This document shows positions 62,450 to 64,000 of a DNA stretch of 64,000 bases, in pieces. The DNA is from a virus: positions 21,023-85,022 of the IMG/VR virus record IMGVR_UViG_3300029156_000002; one strand, written 5' to 3'. The position numbers and the translations under genes were made by a program. Under the pieces are notes generated by a model. That model was not told the DNA's origin and ran no database searches. It saw only the letters and a program-made list of their open reading frames with translations. Every line of letters starts with the position of its first letter. The stretch's first letter is position 1.

Positions 62450-62742
62450 CGCACCAAGACCATCTGATCCATGTCATCAGCGACATTTTTGCTCAAAGCT
62501 TGGGATATTTCCCACCTAGCTATTACCCGCTCAGCTTCCTGAATCATCGAGTGACACCTCACGAAATGCCGGAAGTCTCGTGAGTTCATGCGCCTGATAT
62601 CGGGGATATCCTGGCTTAATTTTTTCTGAAGCTGCCAAAGCTTCTTCTTCAGGTGTGCGCGACGGCCACCTTTCTTACCACGATAGATGAGCTTAGAGTC
62701 TTTCCTGCGTGGATACTTGATGAATTTAGGTTTCATAGACAC
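62446..62742 (-). CDS. Basic hypothetical protein
   Basis: Lys/Arg-rich N-terminus. Confidence 0.5.
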   Translation of the reverse strand: MSMKPKFIKYPRRKDSKLIYRGKKGGRRAHLKKKLWQLQKKLSQDIPDIRRMNSRDFRHFVRCHSMIQEAERVIARWEISQALSKNVADDMDQMVLVR

Positions 62743-63068
62743 CTATAGCCCCCGCCAGAAATTATATCATTAGCTTTTTCCAACGTCAACGCTTTCATTG
62801 TCGTTTCGCTTAAAATATATGCGGCTTCTGTCTTGCCTCTATGCTTGTAGACGCCTAAGATCAAAAAGTCACCATCAACCGGAATCACGTGACAGAATTG
62901 ATCGTCTGACCAGTAACTTGTTTCCTCGTTGACCATGCCTCTAAGCACAGTCATTGTTCCGCAATTCCAATTCTCGGAGCTAAAGGTTCCTGTTTCGAAG
63001 GCACAAGAGCGCGGGTCTCCAAAGTGTGCAGGTTGTGGATCCACCTTGCAGCGTGCACATAGAGGCAT
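62733..63068 (-). CDS. Hypothetical protein
   Basis: CAFETGTFSSENWNCGTM...YKHRGKT. Confidence 0.6.
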   Translation of the reverse strand: MPLCARCKVDPQPAHFGDPRSCAFETGTFSSENWNCGTMTVLRGMVNEETSYWSDDQFCHVIPVDGDFLILGVYKHRGKTEAAYILSETTMKALTLEKANDIISGGGYRCL

Positions 63069-64000
63069 TTATCCGTTCAACCTCTTCCGGATCTGAGCGA
63101 GCGTTTGCTTTCGATAAGGAATACCATTCTTGTAGACCGTCTGCAAGTCTCCCTTGCGTTCTTGCTCAACTGTTTGTTGCTGATAGAGCTTGCCGCCTTC
63201 CACGCGAAGCAGCCCACGTGCGGACTTCTTGACGCCTGAGTCAGTTACAGGATCCTTGAAGATGTCGCGGCCCTCTCCGTTCACTTCGCCGTACGTTGCC
63301 TTCATAGCGAAACCAAACGTGTCTCGCGTGTTGTATTGATAGGTGAAGCTTCCTACGCCAAAAACGATATTGTCCGAAGCGAAGCCCTTTTCTTTCAAGC
63401 CTGTCAGAATGGCCTCTGCACGCTGGAGAGTAATAGAATCTCCATAAATAAGACCAATATGCGAATCAAGCTGCTTGAAGCCCTGGACCGTCTCTGTGCC
63501 GCCGAACACATCCCAAAGACATTGGACCGCCCCCTTATATGCGGGGCTGCCAGGTTCAGCCTCAGGGTCTCCACAGATAATTTTCACCGGGTCTCCTGAG
63601 TCTGGGCGAATCACAACCTTTCCGTCCCGAGCCAAAATGTCTTCCTTCAGTTCCGACACGAACTCTGTAACGACACGCCAGAAGTCCCACGTATCCGACA
63701 CGATCGAGACAATGCCGGCCGGATAGAGATCATTCACAAGCCTTCGGAACGTCCCCAGCTCATTAGCTTTCTCACCCATACACATTACGCTGTGCTCAGT
63801 AGCTGGGACGCTAGCGCCTACAAGCTCTTCGTCTGAGTCAGCGCCGTAGTAACCTTCTAGAAAGTCGATCGCGGCAACCGTGTCCGTTCCCGAGAACGAG
63901 AGAAGGTGGCCGGCTCCCGAGATAGCAGCATCCTCAACGCTCGACATGCCGCGGAAAGAGAAGTCATGTGCCTGAAACTGAATACCCTCTCTGCTTGCGC
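63069..64000 (-). CDS. nampt: Nicotinamide phosphoribosyltransferase (5' end outside window)
   Basis: Frame open to the window edge: ...QAHDFSFRGMSS; FSGTDT, SVPATEHSVMC, SIVSDTWDFW, VIRPDSGDP, IYGDSIT, VFGVGSFTYQ, TRDTFGFAMK, KDPVTD.G.KKSARG. Confidence 0.95.
   Translation of the reverse strand, partial: ASREGIQFQAHDFSFRGMSSVEDAAISGAGHLLSFSGTDTVAAIDFLEGYYGADSDEELVGASVPATEHSVMCMGEKANELGTFRRLVNDLYPAGIVSIVSDTWDFWRVVTEFVSELKEDILARDGKVVIRPDSGDPVKIICGDPEAEPGSPAYKGAVQCLWDVFGGTETVQGFKQLDSHIGLIYGDSITLQRAEAILTGLKEKGFASDNIVFGVGSFTYQYNTRDTFGFAMKATYGEVNGEGRDIFKDPVTDSGVKKSARGLLRVEGGKLYQQQTVEQERKGDLQTVYKNGIPYRKQTLAQIRKRLNG

Noticed and set aside
1-64000. tRNA genes, integrase/att sites, stop-codon recoding
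   Set aside because: GTTCGA-type T-loop words that I noticed fall inside coding regions without cloverleafs, no recombinase motifs were seen, and genes are intact in code 11 with TAG used as a real stop.

Overview
A 64-kb internal segment of a large, apparently lytic, contractile-tailed (myovirus-type) dsDNA phage genome. No host genes, integrase, tRNA or CRISPR array are visible, and essentially every real gene lies on the minus strand (G+C roughly 47-49% by eye). Positions 1-29.1 kb hold a complete virion module, read right to left: candidate small terminase, TerL, portal, XkdF-like protease, scaffold, major capsid, neck, sheath, T4 gp19-like tube, tail chaperone with a -1 frameshift, tape measure, LysM/hub/spike/baseplate, an Ig-like protein, and a >=957-aa fibre with two Kelch propellers that runs off the left edge and is missing from the ORF track. 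Positions 29.2-64 kb hold about 85 mostly small accessory genes: DEDDh exonuclease, HNH, metallophosphoesterase, GH25 lysin, SLOG, AEP-like protein, AlkB, Nampt and two RMF-like proteins. The most unusual signals are: (i) about 14 sigma70-type promoters between 48.9 and 60.5 kb whose -10 box sits only 5-8 nt before an SD-less ATG, i.e. an array of individually promoted leaderless genes; (ii) three paralogous genes carrying 33-bp/11-aa repeat arrays between near-identical flanks, with variation concentrated on one helical stripe; (iii) a 1.45-kb high-GC island; (iv) a repeat-rich non-coding region at 48-49.9 kb; (v) a lone plus-strand promoter/hairpin that may make a small RNA. All functional calls come from motif recognition by eye; no searches were run and the host is unknown.
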